DNA of 64,000 nt, taken from positions 59,882,964 to 59,946,963 of the forward strand of contig NC_083415.1 in the NCBI RefSeq assembly GCF_020745735.1, read 5' to 3'. Below, piece after piece: positions 46,194-58,935 of this stretch (positions are counted from its first letter, which is position 1; the number at the start of each line of letters is the position of its first letter). A program made the position numbers and the translations under genes. Source of the DNA: Hemiscyllium ocellatum. Its lineage: Eukaryota. The notes under the pieces are model-generated. The model had not been told where the DNA came from, did no database searches, and saw only the letters and a program-made list of their open reading frames with translations.

Positions 46194-48763
46194 AACATCC
46201 TGAAAAAAACTGACTGTTGGAATGTCGTCATGTTCAATGGCCAGAAGATAGCCAATTCGGGATTCTGCTCGCAATAATCTGCGGAACATTATTAGTTTAC
46301 ATATAAGTAGGTAAACGAAGATGAACTTGATATACCTTCAGTATCAAGTCTGAGAGTGCTTTCTGGCAAACAGAGAATTTTGCTCTCTCTTATTGTAGTA
46401 TATTGGCATGGTTTATGCAAGCTTATAATATATTTTTTATTAGCTGATCATAAATGATTCACTTTGTTCTTTTATTAAGAAGTATCTTACACGTGGACAT
46501 GGAGTAAAATGCTGCTGCTTGCTAGTCAATGTGCCTTAACCTGTTGGGATTCAATCAGTTTCTCAGAAGCATCCGTGCACCTCTTTCAAATATTGGTCAT
46601 AAACTCAGCATTTGCCATTCTGAACCCTTTTAAAGCAGCACAATCTCTGGTTGAAAACAATTCCCAATGCTTGTAGTGCTCGTTGTCACATTGATCACAT
46701 TGGACCGTGCTACTGTTCAAATCAGTTAGTCTGCTCCAATCACTGTCCAGCTCGACAGTATATGGGTAGTTGGGGTGGCAGCATGAGGAGAAGAACTGCA
46801 GAAATTGGGGAGGGGGAGGGTGGGTAACACAGAACTACCAGTGAATATTCTATGATGTTTTGGAGGAAAATGAATTTGATTATCCTCTGAACTGTGCAGT
46901 GATTCTGATTGTGAAGTTATTGGTATTTTTGGAGGTACAGTTTGATAGAAAAGACGAGGGGAAGCAAGTTAAATTAAAAAGACACATGATTGTGATAGGG
47001 ATGGGGAAGAAATGCAGGTGCACAAGGAGCTGGGAGTGCACACATTGTTGAAAGTTGACAATGTTGGGTGTTCAGCTTTGTACCAGGAGGCTTGGGAGTA
47101 CAAAGACACTGAGTTATGATGAACTTTTTTGAAGTGTCGATTTGCTCTCAACTGGAGTGTTGTGTTCTGCTCTAGTTTAGAAGAATGTGATTGGCTTTGG
47201 AGGGGGTAAGACAGAGAATTGTGATATTAGTTCCAGGAATGGGAGACTTCAAATAGAAGGATAGATTAGAGAAGCTGGCATTGTCTGATCTTGAAGACGG
47301 TGTTGAGTAAGGTTTCCTTCATGCTGTGTGTAGACTGAAATCATTCCTAGGGCAGCAGTTTGAAGACATTAGATAAAGGACCAAAATATAGATGAGGAAA
47401 ACTCTATGCAACAAATGATTAGAATTTGGAGTGCGCGTGCTACAGAGGAGCAGGCGGATTGGCTAACTTACTCTTGCTGTTGATTGACAGATGGCCTGAA
47501 TGAGCATGTACTGTAACCATTTATGATACTGTCTAAGTGAAATGGAGCATATTCCCCATCTAGTGGTAGAGGTTTGCAGCTGCAGATAGTTTTAAAAATG
47601 GAAAGATCTTATTAAAATGTCACCTACTGCACATTTAATGAACCAAATTAGTAAATGAAATTCAAGACATGAAAAGTACAGAACTGTTCATATCAAATAA
47701 TCCCAGTAATTAAATGCAAAGCTTTGTGCAGATCAAGTTATTTGCTGACAAAGGAAATACAAAACTGTCCACTAATGCGTGAGAGCACACAGGTTCTTTG
47801 TCAATGAGAGGGTTTGAAAGATTATCCTGTAGAAACTATCTGTGAAGGTTTGCAGTGTGCAGGAGTTGGTCACCCTGCAAACCACTGCAGTGAGAACTTT
47901 GGGACTGCAGGAGTTTCAAGAGGGAACTGTGCTGCTAGAAAATAGTGGGATTGGCCTGCAGAATCGATCGCTCAAAAACAAAACTTGATTTTAGGAACAG
48001 GTTTCCAGGATAAAGGTTGGCAAAGTGCTTGCTTTCTTGAGGTAATGGGATGATCTATTTACTGCAGGCATGACTAATATCTTTGAATGGTGTTGCTCAA
48101 ATGGATACATCTTCAATTTTGCACATTTAAAAAGATGAAAGATATATCAGATCTGCAGTCTTACAGTCAGCAACAAAGAAACATTGCCAGGTCTTTTGAA
48201 ACTGTATGAAGGTATCACTTCTGTATTCCTTATTTCACCAACATATTACATGTTAGATTTCTTTTTTGACTCTTTTTTTAAAATGCTTCTGTTTGAAGTG
48301 CCTCCTGGATTGCACTTCCTCCAAGTTTGTTGCAGGCCTGTCACCCAAGTGTGGACTTCTTGTGTTAACAAGTCTCAATTAGTTTCTTGTCCAGTGCTCT
48401 CACCCTGACACAAGTTCCTATCCAGTAGTGAGGAATGAGAATGAGTGTCGGCCTACATTCTCTACTCTGCACGGAAACTTGAGTGGGCTCAGATGTCGTG
48501 TCCAGCTGCGCCAAACCATCGCCCCAACTGTTCTGCAACTAAGTGTGAAGTCAGAAAAACGTTTTTTGCTGCATCTTATGATTATCCTCTTGGGTATTGC
48601 TGATAACAACAGTGTCCTGCAGATGAATTTGATTCCTGGAATCTCCAGAATAAGCCTGATGCAGTTGTAACCTTAGAAGTACCGTCTGACCCAACCTGTT
48701 TCTATGGATTTCAGTTGAGTTATCTGGCACCAAAGTTTACAACCCATTCAACAGATGGCTTTG

Positions 48764-48776
48764 AATAAAAAATAAA
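48764..48776 (+). terminator. Candidate NFS1 polyadenylation signal (tandem AATAAA)
   Basis: AATAAA at 48764 and 48771 with T-rich sequence downstream; would give a ~2.6-kb 3' UTR. An earlier ATTAAA lies at 47611. Confidence 0.35.
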
Positions 48777-51675
48777 ACTAGAAAAAAAGGGAAATGCTTT
48801 CATCTAATCTTGCTTTTATCAGCTCTTGCATAATATTTTCCTTAACCTACACAATTGTATTTATTTGCTGGTAAATATATGGGCAGATGTGCAAATATGT
48901 GGGTATATTCACATTCCTCCGCTTTTTAAAAGTGAAGTCTTAAGGATTTTACTGCTTAAATCCTCTCACATTCTATTTGAGCCATGATGTCAGAATCATA
49001 GAGACAGATAATATCCTGTTTGGTTCTCTGCTCTTGCAATAAAGCATCAATAGTTCTATATTGTGCTTATGGGTGTGTAGGTGTTTGAGGATAGGAGAGA
49101 GGTTGTTTCCTGAGATTGATCTGGGAGGCTGAAACAAAAATACTCTAACAGGAGTACCATGTACCCATTCAATGATATCTCCCTGAGGGTAACCTTTACT
49201 CACTGACAACCTCTATATCACCTCTGCATGGAAACCACTAGTCTGGCCTTCTGAACTAGAGGAACAAATGCACCCGGACCTATGACTTTCTAAGTTTGAA
49301 AACGGAGCAGTGATTCATTTGACAAGCTGGACGCATTAGGAGCTGTATGGTTATAGTGCAAAATGAACATGATTAATTTTCATGTCCCTTAATGTCCTGA
49401 AACAGTAGCTATAAGAATACTGCAACATAACAGCCTGCTCTTGGATAAACATTTTAAAATGAATTCTGGAAAGTTAAATTAAAAGATCACCTGGACTCAG
49501 CCAGCTTTTGTGATTCAATGGAGTCTCCCCAGTCTGCTTGGGATTGAGTCATACGCTGGGAGGAGAATAGTAAATTGGGCAAAAATCTCTCCATCTTTAG
49601 TTTGGAATTTTTCCTTCATGTATTTCACCTTATTGGCACTAAATGATACGCACAACTCGTTCCTTTGTCATGTTGTTCTTTAAATCTTTGAGGTTCTCGA
49701 GATCCATGATGTATAATGACATGCTGCTTTTATGAAATATCTGTACTTTATTTCCCAACTTCACTGATGTTTTCTGAATGAGATTTGTCACTAAAGGTTT
49801 GTTTTATATCTTTCAAATGGATCCCTCAACGCAAAGTCAAGGTGGAGAGCCGTTGATGCCATTTAGTAAATTTGATGTATATTTTCATCAAGCAAGTGAT
49901 TCTTGTAATGCCCAGAATAAACCATTTTGAAACCATGTAGTCACAACCAGCAAAGCATTCTTTGGGGTTTTTTGTGATAGATTCAACTCCCTTTCAGTCG
50001 TGCATGTCTACATTTTCTAGGCTGTAGTGGTGATGGTATGGAAGGTCACTTCTGCAGAAGTGGAGTGTGCAAATCAGAATTGAAACTATCCCAGTTGTTA
50101 GCATGTTCGAGTCTGGAGGTAAGCGTTCGCATTCTGATGCAGAGACCAAACAAAATTAAGGATGGCTTCAAAGCAGCTTTCCCACAGCAGATATTTGGAT
50201 AAACTAAAGTCCCACCTGCCCTCTTTGTAAGTATGAAAGAATCCCATATCTATCTCGAAAGGAGTGAAATTTTCTACAATGTTCTGGACAATATCCCTGC
50301 ATGTTGGAGCTTACTATGTGTAAATTGGCTATAGTGTTTCCTATATTATTGTAGTTGACCACATTTCAAAGATACTTTGGAAATTTTCATAAGTCACCAT
50401 TAAGACCACAGATTGATGATTGTTCGTTGAGGAAGCTAAGTTCCTGTGCAACTCTGATTGCATGGTTGCATTAAACATGAAGCCACTTGCTCTTTTCAAA
50501 TAAACTCTCCATCATCCAGAAGAAATCAACTTGCTTGATTTGTACCACATCAACCACCTTCAACATTCCCTCCTTTCACAATGCAGCATTGTGCGCTATT
50601 TACAAAATGCACTACAGTAACTTGACAAGGCTCCTTTGACAATACATTGCAAATGCACAACTATCTGCAGTCCTTCCTGTCTCCACAACTATTATTGCTT
50701 AGAATGACAAGGTCAGCAGCTACATGGGAAAACTACCAGCTGAAGGTTCGTTTCAGGCCAAACAGCCTCTTGATTTGGGACAATATTGCTGTTCCCTCAC
50801 TGTCACTGAGGTCAAAATTCTGGAACTCTCAAACATAGTGAAGCCTGCACGATGGGCTTTATATTTGAGTTCAAATCCCAAAGTGACAGTGGGAAAATTT
50901 AATAAAGAACGAATAAAATTTCTAGTCTTCACAATTATTCCTAGAGCCAATTGATAAAGAAGCATAGATATAGGAACACTGGATGTCTACTTAGTTTATA
51001 CCAGTAGTATTCATGTTAGTTGAGCAATCAAGTTTCTTGGCTTTGCAGGTTAACTGACATTCTTTGGGAGTGTTTAATGATGTAATATATTTTCTTTTTG
51101 CAGTGCATGGGTGTCTAATGTTTTCAACTTGTAACCTTTACAGCATACCAGCTACCGTCAACATATCTGCACGCTAATAATCAGACCCTAGGTGCATTTG
51201 CTTGATTTTCAACTCCTCTTTTCTATATTTCTAGTAGGGTAAAATGCAAACATACATTTTAACTCCTGTCAATTGTCTGGAATATAATTCGTAGGATATA
51301 TTGTCACTTTGATGAGGTAGTTAGATTATCTATTTATTTGAATTCACTCCTCTGAAATGTCATTAGCTTCCTACATAATGCAACATTCCAGGGGGCCTTG
51401 CAGAACATCCCAGTGAATTTCATTCTCAGAAGTTACATTACAGCCAGTAATGTAACTTGCAGTCTTTGCCTTATTGAAATTTTGGACAAGTCATTTTTTT
51501 ATGTCCATAAGTAATTCGGCGCCTGATCCATTATCGCGAAACTACCCGTTCACCTCTGTCCTATGTCCTATTGAAATCCTGCACTGACCCCTGGACAGAT
51601 CACAATGCTTCCAAGTTTTGTATCATTTACAAATTTTGAAATTGTGCCTATACACCAAATTCTAGGTGATTAATA

Positions 51676-52365
51676 TGAAGAGGGAGATGGTATGGGGCAG
51701 AGTAACACTAGGCACATGAACACACAAGATGGCCGCTGAGCCATCAGTTGGCCAACTTGACACCAATCACAATATATAGCAAATAGCAGAGCAGATACAG
51801 ACACGCTGCTTCAGGCCACCAGACTGCCAGCACAATGCATTCACAACCCAGTTGACTAGTTTAAGGCAGGTGGGGGAAGAGAATACATATGAGTAATGAA
51901 CACTGCTGGCCGAAGTGTCTGGTCCAGCCAACATCTCTTATAGAAATGCTAACAGCTTGATACAGACTTCATATGAAATGCTAATATCCAGAGCTGCAGT
52001 AATCATCCTTAGGAAGAGCAATTAGCGCCCATTACTATAGCAATGGATTTCCATGCAGACATTGAAACTGACAACAACCACGCGGAAATGAACAAAGGCT
52101 GCTTTGGAACTGACAAAGACTGTATTGAAATTATCAATGATTCTGCAATGATTGCCATAAACAAACTATGTTACAAAGATAATAATCTCATCGCTGACCT
52201 ATTGTATCACAAGATGTATAAAGGTTTCTTGACTTGTGCTCCAGGCCGAGAGAAGACATGCAGCTGACCACTGTGCTGTTGGGGTCTTTCTCTCCCCAGA
52301 GCTCCGGTTTTTCCCTATCATTGAACCCCGATTCTGACTCCGAGACTGGTGTTTTTCCCACAACA
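51676..52365 (+). mobile_element. Solo LTR (690 bp), ERV/LTR-retroelement derived
   Basis: TG...CA termini (TGAAG...CAACA), 4-bp TSD aata 51672-51675 / 52366-52369, CCAAT ~51763, TATA-like gtataaag ~52216; flanks rejoin into a CR1-like fragment. Confidence 0.7.
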
Positions 52366-52984
52366 AATATATATCAGGAAGAGGCAAACTATTTCTTCTG
52401 ATGTGGTATAGCCTAGAATAAAAGATTACTTGGTTCAATGTCCATTGTGAATATAATCCCTTTCCTGCTTTAGCTAATTTCTCTGGATTTAGGTTTTTTG
52501 TACATATATGGGAACACATCCTCTATCTTAAATTCATGAATGGCCAAAAATGTTTTCTCTGACCTTATCACACAAATCAAATTATGATTCATAATGCTTT
52601 GTAAGTCATTTTGATATTTTTGTGGAAGTTATTATGTTAACAAATCTTTTAAGCACTTCAACATTATCCAACATTGCTAAAAGATCAACTTGCGAACCTT
52701 TGTGATTTAAATTGGATTAATGAATATTATACTTGTGTTTGGTAACAGGAGGAGGAGAATCTAGGACAGAGAGATTGTACTGAGATGACCCACATCAAAG
52801 GGCAAAGTACCACAGAGCAATGGAAGTAAGGGCTCTGTATTTGAAAGATTGAAGGAAGCAAATTCAGGATTTTCTTTTGGAAAGTAATTGGATAAATAAT
52901 TAAGAAAGCAAATAATGTAGGACGATGAAGGAAAGAGCAGGAAGTGATATAATCCAAAAGTCAGTACAAATCATCAAATCCTTA

Positions 52985-53268
52985 CAGGCCCTTCGACCTA
53001 ACAAGTCCACACTGACTCTTCGAAGAGTAACCCACCCAGACCCATTCCCCTAACCTATTATCTTATATTTACCCCTGACCAATACACTTAACCTACACAT
53101 CCATGAACATGATTGGCAATTTAGCACAGCCAATTCACCTAACCTGCACATCTTTGGATTGTGGGAGGACATCCATATAGAGATGAGGAAAATATGCAAA
53201 ATCCACACAGACAGTTGCCTGAGGCTGGAACTTAATCCGGGTCCCTGGTACACTGAGCCACCGTGCCT
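52985..53268 (-). mobile_element. HE1 SINE
   Basis: Reverse complement of head, V-domain and tail. Confidence 0.8.
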
Positions 53269-54334
53269 CAGATGATGATCTGAGTGACCATTTTCTTAGA
53301 CTTTTAAAAATTCTCACTTCTGCAGAGTGAGGACAGACTAAAATTCCAGCATTTGGAGAAGTCAGGACAATTCTCCAAGAGGAATTTGTCAAAGGTATTC
53401 AAAGTCATGAGGGGTTGACCATGAGCCCATAAGACATAGGAGTAGAAATTAGGCCATTCAGCCCAGCCATTCAATCATGGCTGATAAGTTTCTCAACCCC
53501 ATTCTCCCACTTTCTCCCCATAACCCTTGATCCCCTTGACACAGTAGACAGGGACAAACTTTGCACTTGCATAGGTGATTGACCAAAGAGGTAGCAGTGA
53601 CAAAGGGAAAAAAAATTTTCTATACAGTGAATGGAATGCCCTGTTTGACATTTCTTGGTAATAGGGATCAATTCAGTTGAGATTTTTAAGAGGGATCATT
53701 ATCTGAGAATAAAAGGTATGCAGAGCTAGACGAATGGGGGGTGGGGATGGAGAGGATGGCACTCCCTGGGGAATTTACCAAGCCTGTCAGATCAATTCCT
53801 TTCAGAAACCGATAGTTTCATTAACTCCCCTACTTTTTCTGATAGAGGGAAGGGACATGATTAGAGAATTAGAGCCATGCCATTCAGGATATGGGACAAA
53901 TGAACATAAAATACTGTAGATGCTGGGAATCTGAAATAAAACAAAGTGCTGGAGAAACTCTATAGAGTGAGAAATAGAGTTAACGCTCTGAATGTAATAT
54001 GGTCAAATGGTACTGGTCCCACTGTATGATTCGTTGCCCCTTTGATACAGTGCTGGAAGAGGGATCCGGTCAATTCACTGACACATGGACTGAGGCTAGA
54101 ACAATGCACATTTGTAGACAAGATAAAGAAAAGGCTATTCGGCCCGTCCACATGATGCTGTGTCTGTTGCGTTCGAATGGCAATGAAAACAACGTTTAAT
54201 TGAAAGAGAACTGAAGTTGAAAAAGTAGGGGAAAACAACGGAAAGACAAAGGAAATAGAGGGGAGAATGTGGTTGCGAACATCTATTTTTGTAGGAAAAC
54301 AACCTCCCATACGCTTCGGTGTCATTGCGACTGC

Positions 54335-54500
54335 AAAGAAACTACACTTCCGCCCCGCAATAGACGGGAATCATTTCCGCCCCGCACGGGGTCAACAATC
54401 ACTTCGGGTTCACTGGTAGCCTTTAGCTGAATGTCACGTCCGCCCCGCTGACGCGTCACACGGTGGGGTGTCTGACAGGGGATTTCCGGTCTGAGGCGGA
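54335..54500 (+). promoter_or_regulatory. CpG-island housekeeping-type promoter of the next gene
   Basis: actacacttccgcccc (ACTACA plus ETS/Sp1), further ccgcccc boxes, palindromic tgacgcgtca 54449-54458, cggaagtg ~54497. Confidence 0.7.
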
Positions 54501-54555
54501 AGTGAACGGTGCAGCGGCGAGACATGGAGGAGGTGCAGCGGCGGCACCCGAGGCG
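54480..54555 (+). other. Probable first exon of a downstream gene (candidate RBM12/CPNE1 by synteny only)
   Basis: Donor GCG|GTAAGA at 54556; ATG in good context at 54524 (MEEVQRRHPR). No recognisable downstream coding exon in the window. Confidence 0.55.
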
Positions 54556-54705
54556 GTAAGAGCACCGGAGAGGGAGAAAGGGTTTGTGTGTCCGGGACGG
54601 TGGAGACAGGAAAGGGGAAGGGAAAGGGGAAGGGGAAGGGGAAATGGTCGACGGCAGTGGTGGGTCAGGGCAGAGATAGCCCTCTTGCGGTTCCTCAGTT
54701 TCCTC

Positions 54706-54958
54706 ACACTCCCCCCTCTCCCCCCGTCCCCCTCCCCCCATCCCCCTTCCCCTCTCCCCCCCATCCCCTCTCCCCCCCCATCCCCCTTCCCCTCTCCCCC
54801 CCCATCCCCCTTCCCCTCTCCCCCCCCATCCCCCTTCCCCTCTCCCCCCCATCCCCCTTCCCCTCTCCCCCCCATCCCCCTTCCCCTCTCCCCCCCCCCC
54901 CCATTCCCCCTCCCAGCACCTCACTCCCCTTCCTTCCTCCCCCCCCCCACCACCCCCA
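54706..54958 (+). repeat. C-rich ~22-24-bp tandem repeat (cccccatcccccttccctctccc)
   Basis: About 8-9 imperfect copies; preceded by a purine run (gggaaa/ggggaa) at 54609-54643. Confidence 0.9.
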
Positions 54959-55069
54959 AATAGGACAGATAGAGTCTGGATGGGCAGAGTGGTCTCCTAT
55001 GCTAAAATGTGATTCTAGCAAAATGACAACACTGCAAATAGTTTTGTAAAGCCTGTGTCGTCGAAGAAG

Positions 55070-55290
55070 AATATGCACAAGTGCTGTAGAATCCCAACAA
55101 GTTTGGCAGCATATCTGGAGACAGCAGCAGTTAACGTTTTGATTCTTCTTCAGAACCCGGTTCCCAAGAAGAGAATCATTTGTCCTGAATCATTAACTGT
55201 GTCTTTCTGTAGTTGCTGCCAGATTTGCTGAGTACTTCCAGCGCTTTCTCTTTCTGTTAGATTTTCAGCGCCCAGAATGTTTTGCTTTAA
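55070..55290. mobile_element. Degenerate fold-back Penelope family 4 element
   Basis: ggcagcatatctggagac...gttaacgttttg...tcttcagaac followed by inverted arm ...cattaactgtg...gttgctgccagatttgctgag. Confidence 0.55.
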
Positions 55291-55839
55291 TTAAGATTAT
55301 GTGCTGTCTGACCTGACACCGCAAAAAAAAATTCCTTTCCCAACCAAGAAATTTCCCGAAGGAAGTTGGGGGGAGAACCTATCTGAGTCATGAAGGAGAC
55401 CTGATAAATGTCAATAAAACACACTGACTGGATGAAACGTCCCTGGACATTCTGGGGACTTATTCACTTCCCTTTCGACAACTCCTTGTGAATCCACTTT
55501 CATTCAACAACTAACTCTGCAAAAGGGAATGATTCCTCACATCTTTTAAACAAAACATTAATAGTTCAGACTGATGGGCACTGTACCAAATTCAAACAGT
55601 CAAAGAAAATTTAGCAACATTTCATCAAAGCATTGTTATCAGCTCCTGCTGTGCCCACTACACCCTTAGTGTTTCTTCTGTGCTAGTGAGCACCGTAGCA
55701 CATCTGGTTCTGGTCTAACGTGGCGTTTCAGTAACTTGTTTGAATTCTTTTGAAGTCAGAGGGTGGCTGCAAATGTGGGGTAGTCACTTGGAAGGAGAAG
55801 ATGCTTGGTCATAGCAATAAATAAGTGTTAATTTAAATT

Positions 55840-56700
55840 CTCTTAATATGAGGGCGAGGATGTTGTGCTACATGGATTTTTGAAAAAAAAGTTGACAAGA
55901 TACCACATAACAGACTTCTTAGTGAGATTAAAAGGACAGTGGCAGCATGGAGCAGAAAATAGGGATGATTGTTTATCAGACTGGTCAGACACACAGCGCT
56001 ATTCCCAAAGATTAGTTTTAGAATATAGTCCTTTTTTTTAAAACAAGTCTTGACACCTGTACTTGGTTATGCTGGGGAAAATTTCAAAGCTGCAATTGAA
56101 ATGTAACTTGAGGATAGTAATAGACTTGAGAGAATAAACAGGCAGATATGGCAGATGTAATTTATTCCAAAGAAAAGTGTAGACAGATTGGTTTTGGTGG
56201 AAAGAATGAGAAGTGTTGTAAACAAAATGGTAAAATCTTCAAATTGGTGCAGGGACAGAGAATCCTTGGGTGTGCTTTTGGACATGTTGACAAGGCAGTT
56301 GTGACAAACCTTTACAAACCGATTAAGCTGCAGCTGGAGTGGTGTGTCCAATTCTTGGCATCATATATGAGAGAGGATGCCCAGGCATCTGAGAATGTAC
56401 AGGTGGGATTTACTGGCAAGTTGCTGAGGGGGTCTCTGTTATGGTTAAGAGATTGTAGAATTGTTTGTATTGCAGAAGGTTTGGCGGAGATTTGATAGAT
56501 GTGCTCAAAATTGGGGGCAATTAGGAGAAAGTGTTCACTGGCAGGTATGTTGACGGTAAATAGAAAGCACAGATTTGAGGTGAACGTCAAAAGAAATAGT
56601 CTGAAGGTCTGGGGAGGTAGAGTCAATAGTAACTTTTTAAAGGAAAATTGGATAAATGCTTGAAGACAGTAGTATACAGAGCAATGGGGAAAGAACAGGC
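55840..56700 (+). mobile_element. Old degenerate CR1 fragment
   Basis: LYKPIKLQLEWCVQF...; resembles the RT C-terminus. Confidence 0.55.
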
Positions 56701-57116
56701 AGAAAAATTAAATGGATGAACCAAAGAACATCAGATTTTGGTGAATTGAAGCAAAATAGAAATTGCTGGAGAAACTCATTAGGTCTGGCATCATCTGTGG
56801 AGAGAAAGCGTTAATGTTTTGAACCTGGTGACTCTTCACTGATAGCTTAAGAAAGATGACGTTATGCTGAAGATGGTGGTGGGGGGGGCGCAGTGAGTGG
56901 GGGTGTGTATGGAGGAGGAATTGGAGAAGGTGAGTTGATAGGTTGCACTGGAACTCAGAGAGATATGAAATGGCTAGGTGAACAAGGGGATTGTTGATAG
57001 TAAGCCAGGACAGAAGAGAAGCTGAATGAGTAATAATGAGAGCTGAAAGAAAGCTTCCAACCCTTAGCACTCATTATCACTTATTCAGCTTCTCTTCTGG
57101 CTTACTGTCAACATTC

Positions 57117-57248
57117 GAGTAAAAAGTGAGGTCTGCAGATGCTGGAGATCAGAGCTGAAAATGTGTTGCTGGTTAAAGCGCAGCAGGTCTGGCAGCATCC
57201 AAGGAACAGGAAATTCGACGTTTCGGGCATAAGCCCTTCATCAGGAAT
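57117..57248 (-). mobile_element. 132-bp Penelope family 1 mini-insertion made only of hammerhead plus 3' tail
   Basis: 12-bp TSD ctgtcaacattc 57105-57116 / 57249-57260; sits inside an older family 4 element starting ~56745. Confidence 0.88.
57213..57248 (-). ncRNA. Minimal type I hammerhead ribozyme motif, fully intact
   Basis: Same 36 nt as 11395-11430. Confidence 0.85.
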
Positions 57249-57829
57249 CTGTCAACATTCCCCTTGTCTGTCTACTCCTTTCATGTCTCTGTCTGTTTCC
57301 ATCTATCTGTGCACCTCTTTTCTTTCTCTCACTCGCTCTTGCACTGCTGGACCTGCTAAGATTAAATGGATAGTTTTACCAAAGTACTGTCGGAGGTACG
57401 ATCGGCTGAGTGGCTTCCTCCTTTGAATCATTCTAGTTAATTAATGTGATAGACTCCTAACTGTACCCCTCAGCTCAAACAATCTACACGTGGACAAGAA
57501 TTTACTTGTATGAATCAAATTTCTGCAAATCTAACAGTTGTTTTGGAGTTCAATTTCCCCAGCCCTCTGTCTCATGGCAACTCAGGCTCTTAATATTATG
57601 AGATGGCTCAGGTACCAAGGTGACTGGTACATGTAGTTGCAGGAACCTTCTTTATGGAAGAGGGAACTCTGACTAAGTGGGCTTTGTTTGTAATTGTGTG
57701 AGAATTACAGTCTCCTGTGGAATACAGGAATGCAAGTAGGCCAGCCAGTCCTTCCAGCGCATTCTGCTTTTCAGTTAGATCCCAGCCCATCTGTATCTCC
57801 ATTAATCCATAATTATAACTCCATTTGGG

Positions 57830-58690
57830 AGTTAGCTGTATTTTGGAAAGTCCAATAAGAAAAGGGTATACACAGTGAATGGTAGGTCCCTCGTAGTACT
57901 GAGAAACCAAGGGACCTTAGTATGCAAGTCGATAGTTCCCTAAAGGTGTTAGCACAGGTAGACAGGGTGGTGAAAAAGGCAGACTGAGAACTTGTCTTCA
58001 TTAGCTGGGGCGTTGAACATAGGAGCAAGAACGTCTTGTTACAACTTTATAAAACATTGCTAAGGCCACAGATGGAGTACTGTGTGCAATCCTGATTGCC
58101 ATACTACCAGAAGAATGTGATTGCTTGGAGAGGGTGCAGAGAAGATTCACCAGGATGTTGCCTGTTGAAAGTCTGATATGGAGTGAGATTGGATAGGCTG
58201 GGTTTGTTTGCCGTAGAGACAAAAGACTTGCTGAAGAGGTGTTATACCCAAAATGATGACTTCTCACCTGCTGCTTGGCTTACTATGTTCATGCAGCCTC
58301 CTGCCTGTCTACCTTGTTTTCCTTGGAGCAGAGGAGGCTGGGTGAGGTATACAAAATGATGAGAGGCACAACCAGTGGATCTTGAGGATCCTTTCCTCAC
58401 GGCATTATGTCTAAGACCAGAGGAGTGAAAGCTTAAGGTGAGGAGTAAGTGCTTTAGAGGGGATCTGAGGAATTTCTTTTCACCCAGAGGGTGGTAGATA
58501 TATGGAAAGTACTACCTGAGGGGGTAGTGGAGGCAGGTGCTCTCACAGTATTTAAGGAGCTTCTGGATAAGTAATTAAAATGCTCGGGTATAGTAGGCTA
58601 TGGATGAAGTGCAGGTGAATGGGATTAGTGTAGTTTGGTGTTTGATCAGTATAGATGTGCTGGGCTGATGGGCCTGGTTTAATGCTGTTT
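57830..58690 (+). mobile_element. CR1 LINE 3' fragment
   Basis: LYKTLLRPQMEYCVQ-type sequence and CR1 3' UTR. Confidence 0.75.
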
Positions 58691-58935
58691 GACATTCCCA
58701 CTCTCTTTCATTTACCCATTTTGATTGTGTAGCCCTTAATATTCTTTGCTAACAAATCCATTAACCTCGGTCTTGGAATTTTCAGTTCCTCCACAGCTTT
58801 GCGGGGAAAGAGTTCCAGATTTCTGCCTTTCTGTGAAGAGCTGCTTCCAAGCATCTCTCCTGAATGGCCTGGCTCTAATTCTCACACATCACGTCACTTC
58901 TCTGCATCAGAAGGAGTAGGGGAGTTAGTGAAACT

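Noticed and set aside
54322-55078. Gly/Pro-rich ORFs over the second CpG island
   Set aside because: Low-complexity C-rich repeat and high GC explain them.
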